A stretch of DNA of 64,000 nucleotides from Octopus sinensis (GCF_006345805.1 NC_042998.1:113088001-113152000); one strand, 5' to 3'. Shown: positions 39,926-53,444, numbered from the stretch's first letter. The notes: generated by a model not told the origin, from the sequence alone. A program made the numbers and translations.

Positions 39926-40489
39926 CAAGATAATTGAAGCCAATGAGGAAAATTCTATGCAATAATTTGCTCTGCCAGAAGAGTAACTAAATTTTCATCA
40001 AGCCACTGTCTAAAAATTGAAGAACACAGTGGATAAATGAAGCTCTTAAGTCTGAAGCAGAGGGATGGTCATGACTGGAAATCCTTTAATCATAAATCTA
40101 CTTGATCAGAGTGATCCAATTGAAATGTGTAAACATACACTCTAAAGATTAGGTAAAAAAATTTTTTTTAAATATGACCTTATCAAACATTATTGTATCA
40201 GTGTTGAAAAATCTTCAGTGATGTTTAGACCTAACATATAAAGCAGGTGTGAAGCTTCTAGTCGCATGCTATTCATGTTGGTAGAGGTGGCAGGTAATGT
40301 TTTCTTGATATGTTTAGTGACTCTTTTTTACTGATGAAAGAGACAAGAGTGGTATTATCCAGCTAGAGAATATTTTGAGGTCTCTGCACAGTCAATTCAG
40401 ATCTGGCATGAAGTTGCGTGTGGATGGTGATGGAGTGCAGAAGGTTAGGGACGAATAAAGGGTGGAATCATCTGATTCAAAGTAGATAT

Positions 40490-40945
40490 TGTCAGGTGTA
40501 ATGGTAAATAGAGAAGACCCTATGTCTGGCAACAGGACTCTTCACCATGCCACACAAGGAGAACCCAGTCGTGGTTGTTGGACAATTTCTGTGACATCAG
40601 GCCACCTAACTCCCCAGACTGCAACCCCCTTGATTATTATGTGTGGGGTGCAGTTGAATGAGAGACCAACAAAACTCCTTGTAACACCAAAGATGAACTG
40701 AAGGCAAGGATTATGGCAGCATTCACTAACTTAAGCAAGTAGATTGTCCAAAAGAGTTGCAAAAGATTCCAAAGTCGTCTGGAGGCCATGGTTAAAGCCA
40801 ATGGCGATTTTATTGAATAAATTTACTCTTTAGTATTTCAAGATATTTTTATGTAATTTCGGTAAATATATGTTAAAATGAGATGTCGATATTATTTTCA
40901 TTTTTACTTAATTTAGGCAACAGTTTATTCACCACATGCTGTGTA
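40490..40945 (+). mobile_element. Tc1/mariner (maT/DD37D-like) transposase 3' fragment
   Basis: YVWQQDSSPCH...PPNSPDCNPLDYYVWG...RFQSRLEAMVKANGDFIE. Confidence 0.8.
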
Positions 40946-41721
40946 TATTATATATCATCATCATCATCATCATCATCGTTTAGCATCCGCTTTCCATGCT
41001 GGCATGGGTTGGACGGTTCAACTGGGGTCTGGGAAGCCAGAAGGCTGCACCAGGCCCAGTCTGATCTGGCAATGTTTCTACAGCTGGATGCCCTTCCTAA
41101 CGCCAACCACTCCATGAGTGTAGTAGGTGCTTTTTACGTGCCACCGGCACAGGTGCCAGACGAGGCTGGCAAATGGCCAGGATCAGATGGTGCTTTTTAC
41201 GTGCCACCGGCATATATATATATAAGCATGCACACATGTATGATGGCTGTCCACTATTGACCAAGGAGGACCATCACTGACCATTAAGAACATTGTGCAC
41301 TCACATATGTACACAAACATATGTGTATATACATATTATATGTATATAAACATAAATATATATACATATCATCATCACTTTTCAATCCTTGTATGGGTTG
41401 GATGAAATTCATGGAGACAGATTTTCTAAGACTGGATGCCATTCCTTTCACCAACATTCACCTACTTCCATTGTTCACATAACTAGATTTTACACTCACA
41501 TAACTGATGTCTGCTAATCTCATGAAACACAATTACATTATATAAACATTAATAGTGACTAAGTTGCTTATGTTCCTTTTCTATGTACAGCTTGTGTACT
41601 CTGCATTCTAGCTTATCTGGAGTTATGAAGACGGTCTAACCATGTCAGAGATAGGAATTAAGTAGATCTATCATGCCCATAAGCATTGGTAACATGTCAC
41701 ACTTTTTGTCATATCTTTTGA

Positions 41722-43000
41722 ACTAGCCTTGGCCAAAATTAATTACTTTTAAGGTATGTGGCAAATTAGGACAATAAAAGTATATCAATGCAAAAATAAC
41801 TTAGTTTTAAGTAATTTAATACTTAGTGGGACTCCTCTGGCTTTAATGACTGCCATAATTCATCTTGGCATGGATACCATGAGGTCGTGACACTCTTCTG
41901 GTGTTATGTTCTCTTGTGCAGCTTGTAAAGTATGAAATAATTGTGCTTTAAAGTCTTTTTTTGGAACTTTTCGTTTAGCAGGAAGTATGACTTTGTCATT
42001 ACTTCCTGCCAAATTTCTAGGTGTATTTGGAAGTAATTGATGAATTCCTGTCCCTGCTGAGGATATGCATGCCCATTCCATGATGGAACCACCATCATGC
42101 TTCATTGTTGACACCACACAACCAGGAATATAGGTCCCCAACAACTTTTCTCCTCACATAAGTTGCACCAGGTGTATTGAAAATCTGGAAAAAATCGCTT
42201 AAACACGGCCTTTAAAACATCATTTATTGCAAGTCAAGATTAGAAATAAAATTATTTTATATATGTAAAATAACAAGAATATAGCGCAATTTATATACCT
42301 GATAATTACTTTCATCTGACCAGATGACATTTGATTATTGTGTAAGAGTCCAGTTTTGATTGCTTTTGGTGCTTCTATTTGTTGACCTCAGAAATCCAGG
42401 GTTTTTTCCTTGCTTTACAGATCTTTCAGACTGTGTTCTTGAAGTCTTCTTCTTGCTGTTATTGGTGATATTTTTGATGAAGTTGCAGAGAGATGTCTAA
42501 ATCAGTAATCAGTTTTCTTGAAGTTTGGTAATTCATTTTCTTCCATGTTTTGGTCTTGATTGGAAGCTTCCAGTCTTGTTAAATCTTTTTATTGTCATCT
42601 GCACAGTGAATCATGAGCATTTCATTTTATTCTGCAAATTTTCACCGATGATAATCCTTCTTTATGGAGGAAGTGTATCTGGGGTCTCTGTGCCTCTGCA
42701 AGATCCTTAGTTTTTGGCATTAATGATTTCCAGATAATACTTAACACCTTATTATTAATAAAGTTTATTTACAATATAATTCTACCTATAATGATTACAT
42801 TGCATATCATTACCTAGTTACTAGATAAATTCACATATTTAAATTTCATCAAATTTTATATGATATTAAATAAAATATTAATATATTAATGTAAGATATG
42901 ATTGTAAATTATGTTTTTATGGCTGGAGTAAAGTTTTTACCAAATCATAACTTCATATAAGAATTGCAATACTTGTATTTGACTTCTGTCCAATGCTGTA
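41722..43000 (-). mobile_element. Degraded Tc1-family transposon
   Basis: TMKHDGGSIMEWACISSAGTG and LMVSMPR...AVIKARG motifs; degenerate TIRs. Confidence 0.75.
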
Positions 43001-43233
43001 CTCTCACTCTCTCTCTCTCTCTCTCTGTGCGTGCATGTGTGTGTGTGTACACATATATAATTCAGATAGAGGTTATGTTAGACTCATGAAGGGGTGGATA
43101 GTGTTATACAAGGAAATACTGGTTCAATACCTAATATTTTATGGGGAATTGATATCCATAAAATAATAGGTTTGTATATAAACCATACTTTATATTCATG
43201 TAAATGAAGAAGAAAATGAAGATATTGAAGTTA

Positions 43234-43386
43234 ATCAATCATTATCCCTGAGTCTGCTGTGATGAGTCTACAAACAAACACAAAATATCTAAGGGTATAT
43301 TTTTTCCCCTCTGTAAAGATTATGCTCAGAAACATGATTTTGATATTTGAGTATAATTGAAACAGCTGTAAGGGATAATGATTGAT
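43234..43386 (+). mobile_element. Penelope-like relic with degenerate minimal hammerhead
   Basis: CCCT-CTGTAAAGA-TTATGCTCA...TGAGTATAA-TT-GAAAC AGCT GTA-AGGG; 16-bp inverted repeat 43234-43249/43371-43386. Confidence 0.5.
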
Positions 43387-43646
43387 CTGTTGCTGAAATC
43401 CAGTTTGTCCAGTATGGTCTGCAGCTGATCGGTGCTCTCTGCTATCAGCACTGTATCATCAGCAAATCTTAGCTGAGTGAGCAGCTCTCCATTTATCCTT
43501 GTGTTTCCATTCTAACTCATGTCTTGCATGACCACCTCGAGACACACCATAAAAAGCTTAGGAGAGATGGTGTCTCCTTGCTTGACACCCTTCTCCACCA
43601 GAATATTCACTGGTGAGGATAATAGGACCACATTCGTTGTGCACCT

Positions 43647-43648
<2 letters not shown>
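43387..43648 (-). mobile_element. LINE (RTE-like) RT core fragment
   Basis: KGVKQGDTISPKLF and, in a shifted frame, LRFADDTVLIAES. Confidence 0.8.
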
Positions 43649-43700
<52 letters not shown>

Positions 43701-44620
43701 CATAATATAAATCATCATCATCATCATCATCATCGTTTAACGTCCGTTCTCCATGCTAGCATGGGTTGGACGGTTCGACCGGGGATCTGGGAAGCCAGAA
43801 GGCTGCACCAGGCTCCAGTCTTATCTGGCAATGTTTCTATATATGTATATATAAATACACACACACACATATCATCATCATCATCATCATTTAGCATCCA
43901 TTTTCCATGCAAACATGGGTTGGATAGTTTGACAGGAGCTAGTAAACCAGAAGACTGCACCAAGCCTCGCTGTCTACTTTACAGAGTGGACTGGGTACTT
44001 TTTACATGCCACTAACACCAGTAAGGTCTACCTGGCATGGTTTTTTACAGTTGGATGCCCTTCCAAATGCCAGCCATTTTAAAGAGAACTCTAGATGTTT
44101 ATCACATGGCATTTTGTACTGCTTCCCAGTCACAAGGTTCTGGATACAATCATACCATCTGGAACCTTGGGCAAATGTCATCTCCTATAGCCCCAGGCCT
44201 ACCAAAGCCTTGTGGGTGGATTTGGCAGATAGATACTGAAAGAAACCCATCATGTGCGTGTGTTTGTTTGTTTGTTGTCTCCTTGTCTTGATATTGCATA
44301 ATGGTTGTAAAATGGTCGTCACTGTCATACAAGCAGTGTTATTCATTTCCAATATTCTATGAGAACACGTCTCACAGAAATATTACTTTATTTGGAAACA
44401 GGTGTTGGCAACAAAAAAGGGCATCTGGCCATAGAAAATCTGCTTCAATAAACACCATCCAACCCATGCAAGCATGAAAAAAGTGAATGTTAAACTGATG
44501 ATGAAGATGATAATATATATACACACACACACATATACATACATATGTATATACATACATATACATAAATAATGTGTGGCTTATTCGCAATTTTACAACC
44601 TAAAGGTAGAAATATATACA

Positions 44621-44750
44621 TCACTAAAGTGTTTAAAGGGCACTAATTAGCACCATTCTTGCTAGAAATAAGAGTCAAATGGCTACTAAGTTCTTTTGAC
44701 TTATTTCTAGCAATACTGGTGCTGATTAGTGCCCTTTGTCACTTTAGTGA
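44621..44750. repeat. 130-bp imperfect palindrome (MITE-like hairpin) in TA/CA context
   Basis: TCACTAAAGTG...AAAGGGCACTAATTAGCACCA...TTGCTAGAAATAAG is mirrored at 44700-44750. Confidence 0.8.
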
Positions 44751-45554
44751 CATACACATATATACATATATACATACACACACATGTAAATATATCACCA
44801 GTATTAGTTAACATCCATGTTCTATGCTGGCATGGGTTGGATAGTTTGACGGGATTGGATTTATCCAAGGACTGCATCAAGCTCCAATGTCTGCTTCGGC
44901 ATGGTTCTTATGGCTTGATGCCATTTCTAATGCCAACCATTATACATAGACAGCTTTTTTTGTACCACCTGTACTATTGGGATTGCTATGCAGTTCACAC
45001 AGCTATAAGCCCTGAGGGAGGTGAGGAAAGGCCAGCTTCATACTAAGGGACAAGAGTATTACTATAAGAGTGGGGAGCAAAGCAAGTTCTAGTAGAGGGA
45101 TTTGCACGGCTACTCACAACTAGTAGGGAAAAGGAAGAGGAGAGAAAGAGAATGACCAACAGCAGCAAGATATAAATAATGGCAATAAGGTGCCCTGGTG
45201 GCCCCTCAACGCACACAAGTAGATCAGTGGGTGGTTTGCAAGATTGTATGGGAAGGTGAATGAGGGGTGAGAAAGCAGACCACCAAAATGAGTAGATTTG
45301 AAGGGTAGATGAAACAAGGACCATAAGTTGGGGAAGATAGAGGGATGCAGAAGGGTGGGGGCAGCAAGCAGTAGGTACTATAAAGATGATACAGTCGTTT
45401 GGTGGTGGGGAGGGACGAACAAGGGAGATATGATATGGTTGGGTAGTATGTAGAGCCAGAGCAGAGAGGGAAGAGATAGGAATAATGCATGATGGGTGGA
45501 GGAGTCTGTGTAACAGGTGAAGAACCCAAAACACAATTCCAAAACATATATCAC

Positions 45555-46070
45555 CATCATCATCACCATCAAACATCCATTTTTCATGCTAGGATGGGTT
45601 GGACTGTTTAACAGGAGCTGGCCAGCTGAAGATCTCCCCAGGCTCCAAGTCTGTTTTGGCATGGTATCTATGGCTGAATGTGCTTCCTAACACCAACCAC
45701 TCTACACAGCACCGGCACAGGTTTGTTTATGTGGTACTGGTACAAGTGCTTTTTACGTGGCACCAGCACCCACAAATCTGCAAGGTTAGGAATGCTCAAC
45801 TGAAGAGGGATGCAGGGCATAGCCTATATGCAAGGGCAACCATACTTTTACTTAGCTTGAATTGTCTTTTTAAGCACTGCAAACCACCAGGAATCTCAGT
45901 CCCTGACATTCCCTCTATCAGTCCCATCTTTAGATTCTTTCACACCATTTCACCTCACATCTTCCTGGGTCTACTCCTTCCACATGTTTCCTTTAAAATT
46001 AGAGATCAGCACCTCTTGATGCAACTGCCTTTATTCATATGCATTACATGGCCATACCAGCACAGTTGAT
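45555..46070 (-). mobile_element. Old RTE 3' fragment
   Basis: Diverged match to 32268-33302. Confidence 0.7.
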
Positions 46071-47708
46071 TTGTTCGACTAAACTCAAGGTTGTGCTCCA
46101 GTATGGGCACACTCCAATAACTGAAACAAGTAAATGATAAAGGATAATGTAGGCACAAGTATGGCCACAGGCACAGGTGTAGCTGCGTGGTTAAAAAACT
46201 TGCTACCCAACCACATAGTTTCAGGTTCAGTCACACTATATGGCACCTTGGGGATGTCTCTCCTACTATAGGCTTATGAATTGGGTAGACAAAAACTGAA
46301 AAAAGCCTGTATGTGTGTGTGTGTTTATTTTGACATCATGTAATAGTTATTATTATGCAAGCAGTGTCCTTATTTCTTATTTTCCATGAAAATGTTCAAA
46401 AATATTACCTTCTTGGAAACAGGTGACAGTTGCTGACAAGAAGGGCATCGAATCATAAAAAAACTTGCCTCAAGAAATTCTGTCTAACCTAAGCAAGCAT
46501 GGAAAAGTTAACATTAAACAGATGATGATGATAATGATGACATACACAAGGAACTCCACCTTTTATTTCTGTCTCCTTCATATATCATTCCATTCAGTTT
46601 GTGAAATCTCTGAGTACACAAAGTGCTTCAACAGAATACTAGTTATATATGTATATTTGTCAGTGTGTGTGTGTGCGTGCATGCACACGAGCAAGCATGT
46701 GAACATGATTCAGTAAGGAGTCATACATGGATAGATTTCACAACTTCCAGAATAAAGCAAAAGGTTCACATTATTTATATATAAGAAATCTTTTAAGTCT
46801 CCTTTTTCAAATATTTTGTTAAAAATCATATCTTTTATAGTGTTAGAAATTATCAATATCATTGTGTACTAGCAGAACAGTTAGAACATCAGATAATCTG
46901 GTTCTTTACATTCTGAGTCCAGCTGAGGTCATTGTTGCCTTCCATCTTCCATGGTTCAATAAAACAAAACCCCAGTCAAGTACTGAGGTTAAAATAATCA
47001 ACTCCTCCTCAACTTGTGGCCTTGAGCTTATGTTATATATATTATAAAGAGCAGTGGAATTGCGACACTTTGTGGCAATTAATTGAGTTCAAATTCCAAA
47101 CTGGTCAAGTTTGCCTTTCAACTCTTTGGAATTCATCATCATCATCGTTTAACGTCCATTTTCCAAGCTAGCATGTGTTGGACAGTTTTGGCAAGAGATG
47201 GCCAGCCAGTGAGCTGTCCAGAAACTAATTGTCTGTAGTGGTATGGTTTCTATAGCTGGAGGCCCACTAGTCAAGTATGGGGATTGATGAAATCAACTAC
47301 TCCAAAGTTTCAGGATTTGTGCTTAAGCTAGAAACATTATTATTATTTGCCAAAATGCTATCATGTCAGGCAAAATGTCCAGTAGTATTTAGTAGCAGAC
47401 CTTTAAGTTTTTTGAGTTCAGTTGATACTGGGTCAACTTCACTTTTCCTCTTTCTGGTGGTGGTGGTGGTCAACAAAATAAAGTACCAATCAAGTACTGG
47501 GAACAATTTAAATGATCAATCCATTCCCCCAAATATGTGCCTATGTCAGAAACTATTTATGATTATTATTATTATTATTATAGTAGTTTTGATATTATTG
47601 TAATTTAAAACAAACCATTTAATTACATATCTTAAATTTTTTTTAATCTGTAGTGTTTCTATACTTCTTATGAGATTTGCCAGTTTTAATTTTACAGCGA
47701 TCTTTACA

Positions 47709-47930
47709 TTTTTTTTTTTTACTTGCTGGGTCAGAAAGAAGAGGCGGTGCCCAAGATCTTACCATGCCCTTTGAAACTAATGGGATTGGTACCAATAATG
47801 TTCTATCTAAATTGTTGCAAGTTGACACAGAAAAGATACAAATAGGCAGGAAGATTCCAGATGCTTGATGCTCTGGAGAAGGATTGAATATGGCAGTTAG
47901 AGTGGGGCCTCTTCCCACAACCTTGTACCA
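47709..47930 (-). mobile_element. CR1/Jockey-type LINE 3' fragment with poly(A)
   Basis: Minus QSFSRASSIWNLP...NLQQFR, similar to the SFFPR...WNSLP C-terminal motif; followed by an A-tract. Confidence 0.5.
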
Positions 47931-49099
47931 ACAAATTATGAACTATTTTTAAAAACTACATTTACTTTCAACATTCTTCATTCAGAATAGTAGAATGGTG
48001 TTTTTACTTCATTTTCCTACATCCATTAGTCATTACTACTTCAGATATTCTTTTTACTTTCTTTAACTCAACAAAAGGGACTAGCCCATAGCCTAATAAC
48101 TTACAGGGTGTTTAAGATGTATATAATGTCTTCCATCAAAAATTTTTTTGACATATAAACAAACAATTTTTTATATATAAACCATTTTTTTTTTTTCAAT
48201 ATATCATTTTAATTCTTTATACTTGTATATAGAAAAGTCTTACAATATTTTTTTTCTTCTTGAAATCAAAGTCAGAAGACTTTCCTTTCAGATACTTACC
48301 ATTATGGAATTAAAGTTAAACAAATCCAGAAGTTGAAAAGGCTTTACCTGACTCACAGACAAAATCCAGCAGTCTTTTAAATCGAACAATATGAAAGATA
48401 TTTATGTCTGACACTGGTCATTTCAACAATGACTGCAGCAAATAGAGTCACGCAAGGTGCATATTTAATTACAATTTCTATTTCTGATATTTAAATAGGT
48501 TCCTTTTGCGAAACAAAAAGCAATTTTTACAGACACTTTTTTTGCCTCAAATCCAGTGTAATTATACAAGCTGCCAACAATTGACTTACCATTCTATCTC
48601 TTTTATAGAGATAAAGGGATTCTTTTATCACTTATTTCAAACAGCCAGTAAATAATTTTAAATAAAATATTGTCACAGGTTTGAAAATTATTAATATTTC
48701 TGTTCGTTTATTTTCAGACTTTTGTGATCTTAAACGAATTCTTTTTTTTTATATATTTTTTAAGGTGACTGTATTTTTTTTTTTTTTTTGCATTTCCCTA
48801 TATTATTATTATTATTTCCTTGAAATTGTGAATATATTCGAAATTCTAAGAACCAATTATACTTTATCAAAGTAAAAACTCTTCTAAAATTATATATATT
48901 TAGAAATATACAATTCGTTTAATTTTTTTTTTTTTCGTTACTTTTCGACATATTTTCACCAAGGACGACCATTACCAGAAATTACACAACAGTAATTTTT
49001 TTTTTTTGTTTAATTCTTTGTCTGATTTTTCTGTCTTTGGGAGAGGTTTTCTAAAAATAATATGCCAGCAAAAGAGAAAGAATGAAAAACAATAAAGGC

Positions 49100-49445
49100 A
49101 ACACAAAATCTCGAGTGGTAAGAGATTTTACACACAGCAACACCACACTTCCGCCCTGCCACGTTGTTCTATTTTCTTCTTACTTTGTGTGTGTGTGTTC
49201 AATTCATCATCGTCATTTTTTTTTTCTCAAATTTGTCTTTCTTCTGGTTTTTTTTTTTTTGTATTTCGATTTTTTTTTTCGATATTAGTATCAATAAACA
49301 AATGTTATGCACTATGGTCTAAAGTGAATAATAGTAAAATAAAGAATTATATATGACCGCTTGCTTCCCAGCCACATATAAGCAGAACGCCATATTGAAT
49401 ATCAAATGAGGTTTTGAAAGATGACGTCAATGCGTCATATGATCT
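49100..49445. promoter_or_regulatory. Candidate housekeeping-type promoter
   Basis: ETS-like CACTTCCG 49146-49153, YY1-like CGCCAT 49388-49393, CRE TGACGTCA 49422-49429 and TGCGTCA 49431-49437; CpG retained between CpG-poor blocks. Confidence 0.45.
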
Positions 49446-49637
49446 TACTGCTGTTTGGGATTTAGAAATCGCTCTGGATGCTTTACAAATTTAATTTTAT
49501 GGTAGCTTCCTTCTGAACTATCAACTTGGTGCATTTTCCATCAGTTTCGTTAGATTTATTTTTTTCTTGTTAACCATCAATTTGATGAATTTTAGTTTAC
49601 TGTTTTTCATCTTATTTACCAAATTTGTTAACAGTCT

Positions 49638-49817
49638 ACTGTGTCTGGGAAGAGTCAGAGTGCCTAAATATAACACACTCACCGGTTCAATAAATGAGTG
49701 GAAATTGAACCGGTGCGTGTGTTATATTAAGGCGCTATGACTCTCGTCAGACTCAACAAAATTTGTTTTAATATACAAATTCACTTAAGGAATCTCGCAA
49801 ATCAGATACAAAAACGT
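49638..49817. mobile_element. Short insertion containing a ~110-bp palindrome
   Basis: Arms ~49643-49690 and 49703-49752; 9-bp direct repeat TAACAGTCT on both sides; CTGACGA on minus strand. Confidence 0.6.
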
Positions 49818-49856
49818 AACAGTCTGCTTTTTAAAGTAATAACAAAGAGAAACTGT

Positions 49857-50530
49857 GGATCTTTTCGGTTTGAACGGCAGTTTTTAAAAATAATTTTCAC
49901 GTAACTAAACACTTTTAAACTTCGTATACTGGTAGAATGTGTTTAAAAAACATCTTTTTCTCTTGGCTTTATTGAGAAAATTCTATAGTTTGTAAGATAT
50001 TTATTGTTTTGTTTCTTCAATTTCTGCAATTTCAACCAATCAATGAAGTCTATTGAGGTAAAAACATTCTGTGCCGTATGAATATGTCCCTCGTTTAAGA
50101 AACAGATTGGGTTTGCCTGCTTCGCCTGGCCCCCGTGACGGTGGCACGTAAAAAGTACCATCCAACTGTGGCCGTTTGCCAGCCCCGTCTGGCACCTGTG
50201 CCGGTGATACGTAAAAAGCACCCACTACACTCACGGAGTGGTTGGCATTAGGAAGGGCATCCAGCCGTAGAAACATTGCCAGATCAGACTGGGCCTGGTG
50301 CAGCCTTCTGGCTTCCCAGACCCCAGTTGAACCGTCCAACCCATGCTAGCATGGAAAGCGGACGCTAAATGATGATGATGATGAAGAAAAAAAATATGCC
50401 CTTCCCCCCACCCCTAACTCTAACCCTAAAACAGATTGAAATGCAATAGATCGGTATTAGGGTCATAATTATGGGTGATAATTTCATATGACACTGCTAG
50501 AAAAAACTGCCGTTCAAACTGAAAAGATCC
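49857..50530. mobile_element. Merlin-like non-autonomous DNA transposon with nested RTE tail
   Basis: 29-bp TIRs GGATCTTTTCGGTTTGAACGGCAGTTTTT (1 mismatch); perfect 8-bp TSD GAAACTGT; GG termini. Confidence 0.7.
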
Positions 50531-51799
50531 GAAACTGTTAACCAAAACTCAAGCCTGCTTGAAACGTTCTAGCTTTCACCATCACGTCACATTTCTTTCT
50601 CAAGGACAGTGTTCCAAAGATTACAATATCCAATTTATTGCTTTTTGATTATAGGAAAGATAGTAATTTTAAATAAATTTGCTTGCTATGTCTCGCAGGC
50701 CTAATGACTGCGCACAGGTTCAGCTTGGTACTTTTTTCTTGCTAACCATATATTAAATTCTTTTTGGTTTGCTAAATTTCTTGTAATTAAGTGGATGTTA
50801 TTTAACCCTGAGTCAATTCTGATTGAATAGACTTAGGATCAAAGGCATTCCAGTTGTAACTATTATATATATAAGTATATAGGTGTGTATATGTGTACAA
50901 CCATCTGTGTAACTATGTTTCACACTTAACTTAATAAACATACGCCATTGAAAGACAAGATACTATGCCTTTCATCCAAGATAAAATGCCTTATAGGTGT
51001 GTTATGTTAAGAACAATATATATTGGAAGAGGACAGAAAATCGTCCAAGCAGTGGCCAGCAAGAACACCTGATGCATTTCAGCCTTCTATCAATGACACA
51101 TAGCCACATGCTTATGCAAAATTTGTCTCCAGTATATAGGAAACACTAAGACGAGCAGACAGAAGTGTTAGCTCACTGGGCAAAATGAATAGTGGTAATT
51201 TATCCATCCTTACATTTTGAGTTCAAATCCCACCAAGGTCAACTTCATCTTTATCAGGGTTGGTAAAATAAGTACCAGTTAAGTACTGGTGTCAATGTAA
51301 ATGACTTACCCTTCCCCTCAAATTAATGACTTTGTGCCAAAATTTGAAGCCAATATATGGGAAACACTGAATAATACATTTACTGATATTGCAATATGTG
51401 TCAGACTGAATAAAATATTGGTGTGTGCAATTGAAGCAGTATTAAATTAAAATTGCCATTTATGTGTGTTGCTTAACATATATGCATTGTTAGTAAGCAA
51501 GATACTGCAGTTTTACTTCCAATATATGTGTATGTAAGGCGGTGAGCTGGCAGAATTGTTAGCACGCCGGACAAAATGCTTAGCAGTATTTCATCTGTCT
51601 TTGCATTCAATTTCTACGAAGGTTGATTTGCCTTTCATCCTTCAGGGTCAATGAAACAAGTACCAGTTGAACACTGGGCTCAATGTAATCGACTTAACCC
51701 CTTCCTCAAAATTGCTGGCCTTGTGCCAAAACTCGAAACTAATATTATACACTTCATCATGAATCAGAAGTTAAATGATGATGCTGATGTATGTATATG

Positions 51800-51877
<78 letters not shown>

Positions 51878-52635
51878 TCTTGTCCAAGGTGCCATACAGT
51901 GGGACTGAACCTGATACCATGTGGTAGTGAAGCAAACTTCTTACCACACAGCTATACACGTGCCTAATGTTCATTAAAATCCTGTATTCATTCAAATCAT
52001 TAAAGATCTAGCAATAACAGTAAATTATGCTTTACTAATGAGATCTAATAAATCTGAAACATGTCAGGAGTTTTCACTGTACTGCCACAGATCAGACATG
52101 CTCACTAATTTATTCCATTTTAAATTTACTTTAATTCTGGGTTCTCTCCCTTACCTTTCTTGAGCAGAAATAGCAGTTCAGATGACTTTTCTCTTCACTT
52201 GAAGAGTAAATTTTGATTTAATTAGCTCATTGTGTGAAGTATGTTGGCACCCTCTTCACTAAAGGTACAACAAGCTTCTTAACTTTCTTCTCTCTAACCA
52301 CTACCTTTTAACTGAGTGCTCTTTAGCTTTCTTGCTAGCCATTAAACTAGAGGCCATTTAACTCAGTGCCTTTCTTCACATTAACCGTTTTCTGGATGCT
52401 TTCAGTTTTCAATTTCATATTTTGTTAAAGCCCACACCAGTCAGAAGAACAATCAGTTTATTTATTCACAGACTATCAGGGCTAGATATTTTTCTTTATC
52501 TATTTATCTAAGACATAATGATAAAGAAAAAGATTATATTTACTTTTTTTAATTTGATATCCAATCTCAGCTCAAATGTAATTGCGCAGTTTAAAAAAAA
52601 ACTTCTTTGTAAAAAGGAACAAAGACTAAGTAACT

Positions 52636-52695
52636 CTTCTTCTTCTTCTTCTTCTTCTTCTTCTTGCTGCTGCTGCTGCTGTTGTTGTTGTTGCT

Positions 52696-52727
<32 letters not shown>

Positions 52728-52790
52728 TGCTGCTGTTGTTGTTGTTGTTGTTGCTGTTGCTGCTGCTGCTGTCGTTGTTGTTGTTGTTCA
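52636..52790. repeat. Compound (TCT)n-(TGC)n-(TGT)n microsatellite
   Basis: Direct reading. Confidence 0.95.
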
Positions 52791-53110
52791 ACCACAGGTC
52801 GACATTAATCAAGCAGAGTGATAAGAAAGAAGCATTCTATTCCTGACCATAAATATTTTTCTTTGACATAGATATATTGTATATCTAGGATTGCAGTATC
52901 CAATATATCCCTTTTTAAAACCATAGTTTGTGATTTGAAGTAGATATGGCTGTTATTTCTAACAAGCTGGGAGATGACATAGAGACTCTTTTGTTGAATC
53001 ACTAGCAACAGGTGTATAAACCATCAATATGGCATAACAGTTTATTTCAATTTATAGAATTGTTTCCTATTTGAATGCAATTGATTTTTCAAAGAAAGGA
53101 AGCTTTAGAA

Positions 53111-53256
53111 CAGGCATGGCCAACCTTTTACAAAAAGCAAGCTGTATGAGACATGACTAATTATCAGATGGACTGCACAACTAAAAAACTTCAAGGTAAT
53201 TTTTTGTTAGGCATGCCATTCAGGGAGTCCTATGGGCTGCAGTTTGCCGATGACTG
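53111..53256. mobile_element. hAT MITE
   Basis: CAGGCATGGCCAAC / GTTTGCCGATGACTG; perfect TSD CTTTAGAA. Confidence 0.8.
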
Positions 53257-53444
53257 CTTTAGAACTTCTATTGACATGAAATATTGAGAAATAATGTAGA
53301 ATATAAGAAGTTAAATCTCTGAATATGTTTTCTTTTATTCTAGTAAACTCATTGAAAGGCTAGTTTATTTGCTGGAATATTTAGGAGAAAACATTTTGTG
53401 CTGCTTCAAAATTTTCCAAAAATTTTGTTGTAAATATCAAAATG

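Noticed and set aside
47643-47918. 91-aa minus ORF with an ATG|GTAAG site
   Set aside because: Another frame matches a LINE C-terminal motif followed by poly(A)
48395-48465. Possible H/ACA snoRNA 3' hairpin ending ACA on minus strand
   Set aside because: No convincing 5' hairpin or H box; better explained as an acceptor and UTR exon
52508-52846. PolyQ/polyE, polyC and polyL ORFs
   Set aside because: Translations of a compound trinucleotide microsatellite; no splice or homology support
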